Below, piece after piece: positions 49,473 to 58,622 of a stretch of DNA of 60,150 bases. The stretch covers positions 1 through 60,150 of the IMG/VR virus record IMGVR_UViG_3300046385_000041; one strand, 5' to 3'. The notes below the pieces were generated by a model. The model worked only from the letters and a program-made list of their open reading frames with translations. It ran no database searches and was not told the origin of the DNA. Numbering within the stretch: the first letter of the stretch is position 1; each line of letters starts with the position of its first letter. The translations under genes were made by a program, and so were the position numbers. Source of the stretch: a virus. Taxonomy: Duplodnaviria > Caudoviricetes.

Positions 49473-50240
49473 TTACACTGCAACTGCAGCAGTTATTTTT
49501 GGCCCGTGTTGATAATTTTTTATTTCCAACTTTCCATCTTTATAAGTATACTCTGGAGATAAGAATGTTTCTTGTTCTAAATACTGTTTTACAGTATTAA
49601 TTTGATTCTTATAAATGTGGGCATCAATTATTTGCATTTCAAGTCTAGATGCTTTATATCCTGTTTGTTCTGCAATATATAATTGTATTTGAGCAAACAA
49701 AGCAACATCATAAGGTATACCTAATAACACATCTCCCGATCTTTGAACAACAAACATATTCAATTCATCACCTTCAACAAAGAATTGAAAATATAAATAA
49801 CAAGGTGGCAATGCCATCTCTTCAAGTTGTAATGGATTCCATAAACTAATAATGTGTCTTCTGCTGTCTGGAGTCGTTTTAAGGTTGTTTATAAGGATCG
49901 CAAGTTGATCATAATATTCACCATTGAAATTCCTTAATTGATGCCCATAAACAGGCCCTAAATCTCCATTCTCATCTGCCCAAGCATCCCAAATTTTAAT
50001 GCCATTATCTTGAAACCTTTTTATATTTGTTTCGCCGTTAATAAACCAATCAAACTCTGTCTTAAATGTTTTTTCAAACATCTTTCTACCGGTTAATAAA
50101 GGAAAACCCTCTTTAAGATCTATCTTCAAACTTTCATTGAATAATGAATAAGATCCAACACCTGTTCTGTCGTTTCTGAAATGACCCATACTTAATATAT
50201 CTTTTAATATATTTCTGTATTGGTATTCATAACTACTCAT
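49473..50240 (-). CDS. thyA: Thymidylate synthase-family enzyme with dCMP-type active site (possible dCMP methylase)
   Basis: DRTGVG, GFPLLT, LGPVYG, SRR, PPC, QRSGD, DAHIY; PYD instead of PFN and PCY instead of PCH; ATG at 50240 preferred. Confidence 0.9.
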   Translation of the reverse strand: MSSYEYQYRNILKDILSMGHFRNDRTGVGSYSLFNESLKIDLKEGFPLLTGRKMFEKTFKTEFDWFINGETNIKRFQDNGIKIWDAWADENGDLGPVYGHQLRNFNGEYYDQLAILINNLKTTPDSRRHIISLWNPLQLEEMALPPCYLYFQFFVEGDELNMFVVQRSGDVLLGIPYDVALFAQIQLYIAEQTGYKASRLEMQIIDAHIYKNQINTVKQYLEQETFLSPEYTYKDGKLEIKNYQHGPKITAAVAV

Positions 50241-50499
50241 TCTTTTTGTACTTTTCATAATAATATAGATAATATTTAAACATTTGATTCCATAAAGTAG
50301 TTTTAGTATGTACATCTGGGCTTCTATTCTTTTTGCCGTTTATAGTAATATCTAAATACCACTTAGTTGTGCTTTCAGCAAATGGCGCTATAAAGATATT
50401 ATTTCTAACGCACCACATCATTGCTTCTTGCTCTTTAGCACTTTGTATATAGTTACCCATATCAATTTGCCCTTTCCTAACTTTAGTTCCACTACCCAT
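50233..50499 (-). CDS. Hypothetical protein
   Basis: Operon spacing. Confidence 0.6.
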   Translation of the reverse strand: MGSGTKVRKGQIDMGNYIQSAKEQEAMMWCVRNNIFIAPFAESTTKWYLDITINGKKNRSPDVHTKTTLWNQMFKYYLYYYEKYKKNE

Positions 50500-52215
50500 T
50501 TATTCCCACGGCAACTTTTCGCCTGATACATCTAATGGAACGTGAGGTATAAAGCATCCTGAGTTTGGTTCCCATTTGAAATGGGCTTCAGCACCATTCT
50601 CACCAAGATTTTGAAACTTAACTTTTAATACTTTACATTTAACAGTTTTGTTTTCATAATCTCTATGGACTAATAATCCGTGATAAGATGCATCGTACCA
50701 TTCTCCACCACCTTTAATGTTATACATTGTAGGCTCTTCAATCTTACCATCAGAACCTTTATACATTTTAGTAGGATGCGCAACAATAAATACTAATACA
50801 TCGTACTTTTTAGCAAAGATTTCAATCTTCTGTAAGTATTCCATTGTATACTTATTGACATCTTCTGTTTTAGCATCAACATCTCTTACTTTATTGAATG
50901 GATCTATAACTAAGCATTTAATACCTTTACGCTTAACTAATTCAGCACCTTTACGCAATACAGATTCTAAAGTGTAGCGTTCCATATCGATGTGAAAGAA
51001 ATTAGCATTGCAATGATCCGCTATTTGGTTCCAACGATCACCACCAATATCATCTTGTGACGGCATACCTTCCCAAACTTTACGCATTAATTTGTGCGCG
51101 TGTAAGTAAGCTGGTGTATTTTCAGGAGATGCGAATGCGGTTTTCCATCCGTAGTTTCGATTATAGCCCACAACCATCTGGTCGACAAAATCACTTTTAC
51201 CGGAAGACGGAATACCAGTGACAGTAATGAATTGGCCAGTATAAGTTGAAAAGATTTCATCAAAATTAGGAAGGCCAACTTGAAATCCCGGTTTAAAACC
51301 GTTACGAACAAAGTCAGTAACTTCATTTTCGAGATCTCTAAATGTGACAACGTTCTCAAGTGGTACAGGCTTTGCTCTTGAAATTCTTTGTGATAGTCTT
51401 TCCTTTCCATACTTTAATAAATATTCATTTGCATCTTTACAGTCTTCAAATGTAGCTAAGTAACATATTTCAGATCCTAATCTTCTGACTAATTCAACTT
51501 GCAATGCTTGACCTGCTTCGTCTGAATCAACCGCTATAATTATTTTTGATTTGTCTTCGAAATAATCAATGCAACTATCTAAGTAGTCAAGATTATTATT
51601 ATTAAGAGTAGCCCCGTTAGGAACAGATATTGCATTTGTTATTCCTGCTTCGTGCAGCGCGAGCACATCCATTTCGCCTTCAACAATAACACAATACTCG
51701 TAGCCCACAATACTATTAATATTGTAGAAAACTTTTTCAGCGCCTTTATATAGTTTAAAATTCTTTCTACCATCTCTATACTTAACATTTATAAGTTGAT
51801 CTCCTATAAAGTAATTAAACCTTATTACGTTTTCAACCTTACTCGTTTGTGGCATGAATTCTGAGCCCTCGGTAACCTTAAGTTCTGTTAATGTGTCTTT
51901 TGAAATTCCTCTTGTTTTGAACCATTCTTCAACTTTTGAACTGACTTCGTGTATAGCAACCGGTTCAGGTTTCTCATATACTTTTTCAGATTTACCTTTA
52001 CGTTGGTAAGTGTGTAGTTGAAATGTTTTATTACAATTGTGGCAGGTTCCGATACCACGTTGCCAATCATAGCTAGCGCATTTGGCTTTTTCATTCTTTG
52101 GTTTTCTATCGGGCGAACATATAGGGCATATACCACTAGTTTTCCCCTCGTCAACCTTATGTACATTAAATGTGTCTATTAAAAACCCGTTAATTTCAAC
52201 TGTCTCTACATTCAT
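50500..52215 (-). CDS. Primase-helicase (T7 gp4/Twinkle-like)
   Basis: CPIC...CHNC Zn finger, TOPRIM EGEMD/DSD/KDANE, Walker A GIPSSGKS, VIDP, VAHP. Confidence 0.93.
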   Translation of the reverse strand: MNVETVEINGFLIDTFNVHKVDEGKTSGICPICSPDRKPKNEKAKCASYDWQRGIGTCHNCNKTFQLHTYQRKGKSEKVYEKPEPVAIHEVSSKVEEWFKTRGISKDTLTELKVTEGSEFMPQTSKVENVIRFNYFIGDQLINVKYRDGRKNFKLYKGAEKVFYNINSIVGYEYCVIVEGEMDVLALHEAGITNAISVPNGATLNNNNLDYLDSCIDYFEDKSKIIIAVDSDEAGQALQVELVRRLGSEICYLATFEDCKDANEYLLKYGKERLSQRISRAKPVPLENVVTFRDLENEVTDFVRNGFKPGFQVGLPNFDEIFSTYTGQFITVTGIPSSGKSDFVDQMVVGYNRNYGWKTAFASPENTPAYLHAHKLMRKVWEGMPSQDDIGGDRWNQIADHCNANFFHIDMERYTLESVLRKGAELVKRKGIKCLVIDPFNKVRDVDAKTEDVNKYTMEYLQKIEIFAKKYDVLVFIVAHPTKMYKGSDGKIEEPTMYNIKGGGEWYDASYHGLLVHRDYENKTVKCKVLKVKFQNLGENGAEAHFKWEPNSGCFIPHVPLDVSGEKLPWE

Positions 52216-52332
52216 AGGAAAAAATTTAATTTGTTAATGTCTTATATTATGGACATTTTAGCTTGTTTTGCACTAAATATGATGCGCTAAGATATAAAAA
52301 ATATTATAACGCATCATAAGTAATACAATTTT

Positions 52333-52384
52333 TTTAAGGCTATAACCTTAAATTTTTATTTTACTTTAAGGCTATAACCTTAAA
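52333..52384. repeat. Direct repeat of a 20-bp near-palindrome
   Basis: TTTAAGGCTATAACCTTAAA at 52333-52352 and 52365-52384. Confidence 0.85.
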
Positions 52385-52694
52385 ACGGTAGATCATCTTC
52401 AACAACTGCTGCTGCTCTTTGTGTTACTAGTTGTCCAGCATCTTGTCTTGGTGCAGCTGCAACATTTGTTCCATTAGTCCATACAACCTTAACATTTCCT
52501 AAGTATACTTTCGCCATCTTAGCGTCACGTTCTTCTTTGGACTGTTCAACAAGGACTGGACCTTGATTGCCAAATTGATCCACCTCGTCGTTAAGTGTAA
52601 TGGTAATAGGAAGATACTTCCCTTTAGCCCCGTCAATTATTTTATTTTTTGGAATTGCATTAAGATTAATGCTGGTTTTAATTATACTCGCCAT
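52380..52694 (-). CDS. Putative single-stranded DNA-binding protein
   Basis: Acidic EDDLPF C-terminal tail; GKY...D.FGN...YLGN pattern. Confidence 0.7.
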   Translation of the reverse strand: MASIIKTSINLNAIPKNKIIDGAKGKYLPITITLNDEVDQFGNQGPVLVEQSKEERDAKMAKVYLGNVKVVWTNGTNVAAAPRQDAGQLVTQRAAAVVEDDLPF

Positions 52695-52698
52695 TTTT

Positions 52699-53058
52699 TT
52701 AAAGTTTTAATTGTTTATTATTAGTTAAATATTCTACTGCTTTTAATACACCTTCTAAATTATCACCTAAAAATCCAATGCCTGAATTACAAGACATGCA
52801 TAATATGCCTCTTATTTTATTTGTTTCATGGCAATGATCAATATATGTAGATCTTTTATCAAGTGTTTCTTTACCGCAACAATGACAATTATTACTATCC
52901 ATTAATGATTGAGCTTGATCCAAAGTTATTTTATAATTTCTAGCTCTAGAATATAAACATTCACACGTTTTACATCTTGATTTTAATCCGCCAGTATCTG
53001 GCCTATTATAAAAATCGGTTAATGGTAATTTTAATTTGCAATATGTGCAGGTTTTCAT
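52699..53058 (-). CDS. Endonuclease VII-like HNH nuclease
   Basis: CxxC pairs; IDHCH...RGILCxxCNxGIG. Confidence 0.85.
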   Translation of the reverse strand: MKTCTYCKLKLPLTDFYNRPDTGGLKSRCKTCECLYSRARNYKITLDQAQSLMDSNNCHCCGKETLDKRSTYIDHCHETNKIRGILCMSCNSGIGFLGDNLEGVLKAVEYLTNNKQLKL

Positions 53059-53066
53059 TTGATCTC

Positions 53067-53258
53067 TTAGTTATTTAATTGTAGGTTGTTAAACATTCTT
53101 CTCATTTGATCTTTAGTAGCTCCTGAATTTCTTCTTAAGTTATCAATAGCTTTTAAATGATTTTGTCCTTTGTAGAACTCTGTTTCTGGTCTTGTTAAAC
53201 CTGATACTGTACAAACTCTTGTTGCAACAGTTTCTTTTGTGTTTCTCTTGTTACTCAT
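53067..53258 (-). CDS. Small hypothetical protein
   Basis: ORF in operon. Confidence 0.55.
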   Translation of the reverse strand: MSNKRNTKETVATRVCTVSGLTRPETEFYKGQNHLKAIDNLRRNSGATKDQMRRMFNNLQLNN

Positions 53259-53278
53259 TTTATTTAATTTAATTGTTA

Positions 53279-53530
53279 TTATTTATTTGGTAATTTTTTA
53301 TGCTCATTAAAATATTGTTCTACTTGAGCCGGATCGTTATAATATTCTTCAATTCTGGAAAGCATACTAACTATGCTTTCAAAAACAAACGTTTGACAAC
53401 CAATTGATATTGAATAACCATTAGCAACTGGATTAATAGTTATTTGTCTAGGTACAATTTGATTAACATAAATTGTATTGTTTGATGTTAATGTAGCAGC
53501 GTTAGTGCTGTAGGCTGAAATAAGGCTCAT
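53279..53530 (-). CDS. Small hypothetical protein
   Basis: ORF in operon. Confidence 0.55.
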   Translation of the reverse strand: MSLISAYSTNAATLTSNNTIYVNQIVPRQITINPVANGYSISIGCQTFVFESIVSMLSRIEEYYNDPAQVEQYFNEHKKLPNK

Positions 53531-53532
53531 AA

Positions 53533-54264
53533 TTATAATGTTTTAGTTAATAGATGCTGCTGAGGATCAAAGTCTTCAGTCTTAAAAAATAAATTGTATG
53601 CATCAATAGCTTTTAATACTTTATCTTCTCCTCCTTGTAAAAACTTATCAGAACAGTCAAAGATACCAATTTGATGCGACTTTTTATCTATTGCAATGAA
53701 AATTAAATCGTAACCAAACAACTTTTTATAAATGTATGCTTGACTATCGTAATTATATTTCTTTGCAGAATAAGCAAACCCAGATAGATCTGATGTTGTT
53801 TTAAGATCGACTATCAAACCCTCATCGTGGTTTATAATATCGGCCTTACCTTTCCACATTGTACCTTCAATAGGTGTAACCCCAGGAACTTCATACTCAA
53901 CATTGAAACCTCTTATAAGACCTTCGCATACTTTGTTAGCTAACATTTTATCTTTCAGTAGTTCGATATTATCAACTTCGTGTTGTAATAAACAAATCTC
54001 ACCGCCAGATAACTCCTTGTAAACGTTAGTGTTACGAGTCGTTGTATTAATTATCTTGTATTTATGTAGCTTATCGGGTTCCAATATTGCAGTGTGAAAA
54101 TAACCGCCAATTGCAAAATTTGGATTAGGTGGTTGTGGCGCATTCATCTCTAACGGATTAGTTAGTAATGAACTTATATTAGAGTTGCTAAGAAATTGTT
54201 TTCCGAACTCACCGTAATAATGTTGATCATCTCTTAGCTTCTCTAAAATTTCTTCTTTAGTCAT
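53533..54264 (-). CDS. PD-(D/E)xK exonuclease, RecE/DUF3799-like
   Basis: LSNS, GxxFHxxILEP, KGKAD...IVDLKTT, YxYxxQAxxY. Confidence 0.85.
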   Translation of the reverse strand: MTKEEILEKLRDDQHYYGEFGKQFLSNSNISSLLTNPLEMNAPQPPNPNFAIGGYFHTAILEPDKLHKYKIINTTTRNTNVYKELSGGEICLLQHEVDNIELLKDKMLANKVCEGLIRGFNVEYEVPGVTPIEGTMWKGKADIINHDEGLIVDLKTTSDLSGFAYSAKKYNYDSQAYIYKKLFGYDLIFIAIDKKSHQIGIFDCSDKFLQGGEDKVLKAIDAYNLFFKTEDFDPQQHLLTKTL

Positions 54265-54818
54265 TAAATTAATTTTTTAAGTTCTGCTATTGCTTTTGGG
54301 TCTACATCGTACTTATTTAGAATAGTATCTAATGTCGCTTGATCTTTCACGTAAGCTTTAGCTTTATCAAATGTCTCTGTACCTACTTCAATCTTAACTT
54401 TTGGTTTTGGATCTGCTTTTCCGTGATCAGGATCTTGAGTATCATCAATCAAGAATAGATTACCTAAAGCATACTTCTTACCATAACTAGATGCTGAACC
54501 AAACTTCTGTGGCATTTGCATACCTTTCTGATCAAGATCAACACCAACAACAGCTGTCGCATGTATTTCGGTAAGATTATCAGATATAGTTGCGGTTGAT
54601 TTCAACATTGGAAATTCTAAAAACTTACTGTCAATTAATTCTTCCGTCACTGTTACTGATACTCCTAATCTTAATAAAAATGGTTTTGTTGCTTCTAGTA
54701 TGTCCTCTGCCGATCTAAAATTGTACTTACCAAAAGAATTGAATCTAGATTTCTTAGCTTTAAATTCTGTTTGAATGACTGCTAACTTTTCATTCAAAGA
54801 CATTGTCTCATTTTTCAT
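54264..54818 (-). CDS. ERF-family single-strand annealing recombinase
   Basis: NSFGKYNFRSAEDI, QxxGSASSYGKKYAL, DDxxDPD. Confidence 0.85.
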   Translation of the reverse strand: MKNETMSLNEKLAVIQTEFKAKKSRFNSFGKYNFRSAEDILEATKPFLLRLGVSVTVTEELIDSKFLEFPMLKSTATISDNLTEIHATAVVGVDLDQKGMQMPQKFGSASSYGKKYALGNLFLIDDTQDPDHGKADPKPKVKIEVGTETFDKAKAYVKDQATLDTILNKYDVDPKAIAELKKLI

Positions 54819-54844
54819 GGATATTTAATTTAATTGTTTACGTT

Positions 54845-55612
54845 TCAAAGATAATCAATAACTTGATTCGCATCTACATTATCAACTAATTTTTTTATTG
54901 CTTGCTTTTTAATCTCTGATATTCTAACATAAGCGCTAGCTCCATCTATATTTAATATTTCAGCGATCTCATTAGCTGAATGTTTATCGCAGTCTAAACC
55001 ATAACTTAATCTTAATACCTCGAACTCTTTGTCATCTAAATGTTTCTTAAGTAAGCTAGTTAAGTAAGCATTCATTAAACCTATATTGTATACCTCTGAT
55101 TGATCTGGTATTTGATACAACATATTCTCTTCATCGTCATCATCAATTTGTTCATCGATGCTTAAAAATATTGAATTAAAAAACATTGCAACTAATGTAT
55201 GGTCCTTGCTGTTATCTTTTCTTATTTCATTTAGCTTATGCTCTGGGATCTTAATTGAGCCTCTGTTAATATCTATAGCTCTTCTAATTGATCCTTTAAT
55301 TCTTTTAGATAGAAACGACTTAAGCGTACTTTCTTTATGCTCACTTTGATTTACTGTGTCCCATTCTATTTTGTCAACAGCTTGTATTAAACCTATTGAA
55401 CCATATTGAATTAAATCTGTTATATCAAGTACCCCTGACGCCTGCTGGCTAGTGGAAAACTTTCTTGCAATATTTTCAACAAATGGTAAGAACTTAATAA
55501 TTAACTCGTCTCGTGAACAACTAGCAGAAAACTCTTGTTCCGGAAATCTTTCTATCGAAGTATCTCGATCTTCTTTATACCTCAAATAATTATCTATATT
55601 ATAACTTTTCAT
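54845..55612 (-). CDS. Phage sigma70-family factor (probable late sigma)
   Basis: Region 2 LPFVENIARKF...DLIQYGSIGLIQAVDK; region 4 VLRLSYGL...EIAEIL...RISEIKKQAIKKL. Confidence 0.9.
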   Translation of the reverse strand: MKSYNIDNYLRYKEDRDTSIERFPEQEFSASCSRDELIIKFLPFVENIARKFSTSQQASGVLDITDLIQYGSIGLIQAVDKIEWDTVNQSEHKESTLKSFLSKRIKGSIRRAIDINRGSIKIPEHKLNEIRKDNSKDHTLVAMFFNSIFLSIDEQIDDDDEENMLYQIPDQSEVYNIGLMNAYLTSLLKKHLDDKEFEVLRLSYGLDCDKHSANEIAEILNIDGASAYVRISEIKKQAIKKLVDNVDANQVIDYL

Positions 55613-55659
55613 ATTAAATAGTTTATTACCGAAGATACAGCTATTTAATTTACCTAATG

Positions 55660-55815
55660 CTAATTTTTTGCTAAAGTTTCTTTCTTCTTTGATTCCGCAT
55701 AGCCTTTACACTTATTACAAAGAACTTCGTCAGACCAACCTAAGTTAATTATACCATGGCAGCTATAACATAATGTAGCGCCTTCTACATTATTAAACTT
55801 ATGTATTGGTTTCAT
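55660..55815 (-). CDS. Small Zn-ribbon protein (51 aa), absent from the ORF track
   Basis: MKPIHKFNN...CYSC...CNKC. Confidence 0.55.
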   Translation of the reverse strand: MKPIHKFNNVEGATLCYSCHGIINLGWSDEVLCNKCKGYAESKKKETLAKN

Positions 55816-56059
55816 CTTCTAATATTTTTTTACAGTCAGCTATTGTACGTATTCCTTGATGCGAATTAGTTAAAGCATATACTTTTGTGTCATCTGGTAA
55901 TTTATCTGCAAGATTACTTAACCATCTAGAATTTTTATAACTACGAAAGAAAACATCATGAAAAAAGCTTTCACTTATATATGGCTGCAATTCTCCCTCT
56001 TCATCTAACAATATTGCATCGTCTACAGGATATAATGGTATTCCAAATTTTGTACTCAT
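55799..56059 (-). CDS. Hypothetical protein
   Basis: ORF in small-gene cluster. Confidence 0.55.
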   Translation of the reverse strand: MSTKFGIPLYPVDDAILLDEEGELQPYISESFFHDVFFRSYKNSRWLSNLADKLPDDTKVYALTNSHQGIRTIADCKKILEDETNT

Positions 56060-56061
56060 AA

Positions 56062-56286
56062 TTAATATTCGTTTTTATATTCAAATTCTACTTCATAACC
56101 TAATTTTTTTAACACAGCCTCTAATGAATTCTCAGTATCCATTCCTATATAACTATTATCGTATACTTCTGAATTAGGATGCTCTAATTTTTCTCCATTA
56201 AGATATAAATATGTTCCGTAATTATCGCAGCAACCATCACCACAAGTAGAATGCCAATCTTCAAATGTTATTTTTAATTTACTCAT
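56062..56286 (-). CDS. Hypothetical protein (CGDGCC motif)
   Basis: ORF in small-gene cluster. Confidence 0.6.
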   Translation of the reverse strand: MSKLKITFEDWHSTCGDGCCDNYGTYLYLNGEKLEHPNSEVYDNSYIGMDTENSLEAVLKKLGYEVEFEYKNEY

Positions 56287-56470
56287 CTTTTTCTTTTTTA
56301 TATTCTATTATAAATCCTATTAACACTATTATATTCATTCCGCATGACATTAGTATTTCGTGTATATCTTCATATATATTTATAGATAAATGAATGTGAC
56401 CTATTGTCCAGAACGGTATTGCTAAATTAGATGATACCCAAACTAATGTATATTTAACAAACTCTTTCAT
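56279..56470 (-). CDS. Small membrane protein
   Basis: Two hydrophobic segments. Confidence 0.55.
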   Translation of the reverse strand: MKEFVKYTLVWVSSNLAIPFWTIGHIHLSINIYEDIHEILMSCGMNIIVLIGFIIEYKKEKDE

Positions 56471-56495
56471 ATTTCATATTGCGATATGAGATGTG

Positions 56496-56666
56496 TTATT
56501 CTTTATATGTATCAGCTAATTCTATAATAGCTTTCTGAATTGTCTTTTCAGTGAATGTTGCTTGATATAATAACCCAATTATAATATCAAAATATTCATC
56601 AATATTTGCTCCTTCATGAGCTTCAACTGTAAATGTTTTACCGTATGTTTCTAATGTTAATTTCAT
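56496..56666 (-). CDS. Small hypothetical protein (56 aa), absent from the ORF track
   Basis: MKLTLETYGKTFTVE...; fills the gap. Confidence 0.55.
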   Translation of the reverse strand: MKLTLETYGKTFTVEAHEGANIDEYFDIIIGLLYQATFTEKTIQKAIIELADTYKE

Positions 56667-56667
56667 A

Positions 56668-56904
56668 TTATCTGTATTTTCTTATTAATTCAAATGTTTT
56701 TTTAATATCTGTTATCTTCATTTCTTCACGTTCGGACATCGGCATGAAAGATACTGTAAAGCCGTGATTTGCTAAATAGTAATCCTCTTTTTTAATTGCA
56801 TTACCATTTACTTTATAAAGATATACCCAAGGGTAATTACCAACTAATTCAATTTCAATGTTAATTGCTTTTAATCTTAAAACTAATCTATCTAATACAT
56901 TCAT
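56668..56904 (-). CDS. Hypothetical protein
   Basis: GNYPWVYL motif; ORF in cluster. Confidence 0.6.
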   Translation of the reverse strand: MNVLDRLVLRLKAINIEIELVGNYPWVYLYKVNGNAIKKEDYYLANHGFTVSFMPMSEREEMKITDIKKTFELIRKYR

Positions 56905-56923
56905 AATCCTTTTTCTTTTGGTG

Positions 56924-57553
56924 TCATAAGCTTTGGTTTAGTAATTCTTTTTCTTTTTTTAATTCGTTACTCATATTACGATGTATTGTTCTGGTTGTGC
57001 ATTGGAAATAATCCGCAATCTTTTTAATTGTAATCTTTTGATCTGCATCGTGCATGTATAGCATTGCGTCATATATGTCCGAATCTGAGACTATTTTACT
57101 CTTGCCTGCTATTTGTCCAACTATAGATAGTTTCTCGTTTAAACTAAGCCCAGAATTGTCCTTAAATATAATCTTACGATTCTTATTTGGTGGCGGTTCT
57201 TCTAGGTCTTGTAAGCTAACATCGTAAACCATACTTTGTAATAATTGCTCGCTAACATTAAAAGTAACAAATCCGTTTGTTTTATCGCAGATAAACCTTG
57301 CGACCTCAATAAACTGATCTTGATTCATTTGATGATTAAGATACCATAAAACATATAAATGCCATTTTAAAGACTTGTATGTGGTTATCTTAGCTTTGCT
57401 TCTAAATAAATCGTAACATTCAAATGTGCCGTTTTCGTAATAGTCACCCCAGTCAAACTTTTGTGTTGGTTTATCTGTTATAGGATTTTGCCGATATATT
57501 ATTCTATTTTTATTCAAGTGTTCTAATTTTCTATCGTATTGCATATGTGACAT
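56924..57553 (-). CDS. Putative replication/DNA-binding protein with C-terminal HTH
   Basis: KITIKKIADYFQCTTRTIHR HTH; helical PriCT-like middle is tentative. Confidence 0.55.
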   Translation of the reverse strand: MSHMQYDRKLEHLNKNRIIYRQNPITDKPTQKFDWGDYYENGTFECYDLFRSKAKITTYKSLKWHLYVLWYLNHQMNQDQFIEVARFICDKTNGFVTFNVSEQLLQSMVYDVSLQDLEEPPPNKNRKIIFKDNSGLSLNEKLSIVGQIAGKSKIVSDSDIYDAMLYMHDADQKITIKKIADYFQCTTRTIHRNMSNELKKEKELLNQSL

Positions 57554-57690
57554 TAGCCTATTACTATTATTAATTAATTAGCTTACGTCACACTTTTCAT
57601 ATTCAACGATGCCATATAACGTTTCATAAATTATTTTCTCTTCGAGATATTCTTCAGCATACTGTTCAACAAGTTGTTTCGCTTTGCTCA

Positions 57691-57948
57691 TTATAATTCT
57701 TTTTTAAGTTCATCAATGCGTTCTTTTACGGCTTGCGCCTCAGTATATAATTCTTTTTCAATTAACCTATCAAGATGGGCCTGCAAGTTATCAATTCTAG
57801 TTTGAATATTTGTTGTACCTTTAATAGAAATATCCATTATAACTTGATCTTTCATTTCTAACATAAATTCTTTATCCCATTCTTCCTGCTTTTTTACTAG
57901 CTTTTGAAATACTAATTCCGCAATTCTTTCGATTTCTTCTTCTTTCAT
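57691..57948 (-). CDS. Coiled-coil protein with UVR-like C-terminal hairpin
   Basis: LIEKELYTEAQAVKERIDEL. Confidence 0.55.
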   Translation of the reverse strand: MKEEEIERIAELVFQKLVKKQEEWDKEFMLEMKDQVIMDISIKGTTNIQTRIDNLQAHLDRLIEKELYTEAQAVKERIDELKKEL

Positions 57949-57961
57949 ATTTTATTTGTTT

Positions 57962-58336
57962 TTAAAAGTTTACACCACATTTTTTACAGTAAGTAGTTAA
58001 GTCAAATGAATCGCTTGTTCTTACAAAATCGTGTTGACACCTTTGTTTTTTAGATTTTTCAAGCCATTCATTAAATTGAGATTCTTCTAAATTTAGCGTT
58101 GTGCATCCATTAAATGCTAATTTAAAGCCTTTATTAAAAGATTTTTCAATTTGTTGCTTTTCTACCTCTAATAATTCTTCATTTATTCTTTTAATTATTT
58201 CAACAAATGTAATACGAATTGCTTCTTTAACAACATCACGAATTAATTCATTATTAATTTCATCAAAAGATTCATTTATTTTAGCAAGACTTTGTTCTAA
58301 ATCTTCTTTTAAATCTTGCATTGCGGTTTGTTTCAT
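57962..58336 (-). CDS. Hypothetical early protein (C-terminal CxH...CxxC)
   Basis: MKQTAMQ start; directly downstream of promoter repeat. Confidence 0.6.
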   Translation of the reverse strand: MKQTAMQDLKEDLEQSLAKINESFDEINNELIRDVVKEAIRITFVEIIKRINEELLEVEKQQIEKSFNKGFKLAFNGCTTLNLEESQFNEWLEKSKKQRCQHDFVRTSDSFDLTTYCKKCGVNF

Positions 58337-58354
58337 ATTATTTGTTTTACATTT

Positions 58355-58388
58355 ATATTATCAATTAGCGTCCGTGTTTGGTTTGTAA
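58355..58388 (-). promoter_or_regulatory. Putative phage early promoter, copy 1
   Basis: TTACAAACCAAACACGGACGCTAATTGATAATAT; 27/34 identical to 59530-59563. Confidence 0.6.
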
Positions 58389-58394
58389 GACGCA

Positions 58395-58622
58395 TTAATT
58401 CACCTTATAATATTTAGGGTATTTATTTTTTGTTCTTAAATATTTTTTATGATTTTCAATTATACTTAATGCTTCATTGTATGTTTTATTATGTGAGTAT
58501 TTTTCGGTTATATTCCATGCATAATTATTTATATTATCTATAGATGCCCACGATAGGAAAAAGTGCTCTCTACATTGCGGTATAAAAATGTTATCTGCTA
58601 CTTGTTTAATTCTGTATTGCAT
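58395..58622 (-). CDS. Hypothetical early protein
   Basis: ORF in cluster. Confidence 0.5.
   Translation of the reverse strand: MQYRIKQVADNIFIPQCREHFFLSWASIDNINNYAWNITEKYSHNKTYNEALSIIENHKKYLRTKNKYPKYYKVN

Noticed and set aside
52333-52384. Mini-CRISPR array
   Set aside because: Only two 20-bp copies with a 12-bp spacer, too short for a CRISPR unit
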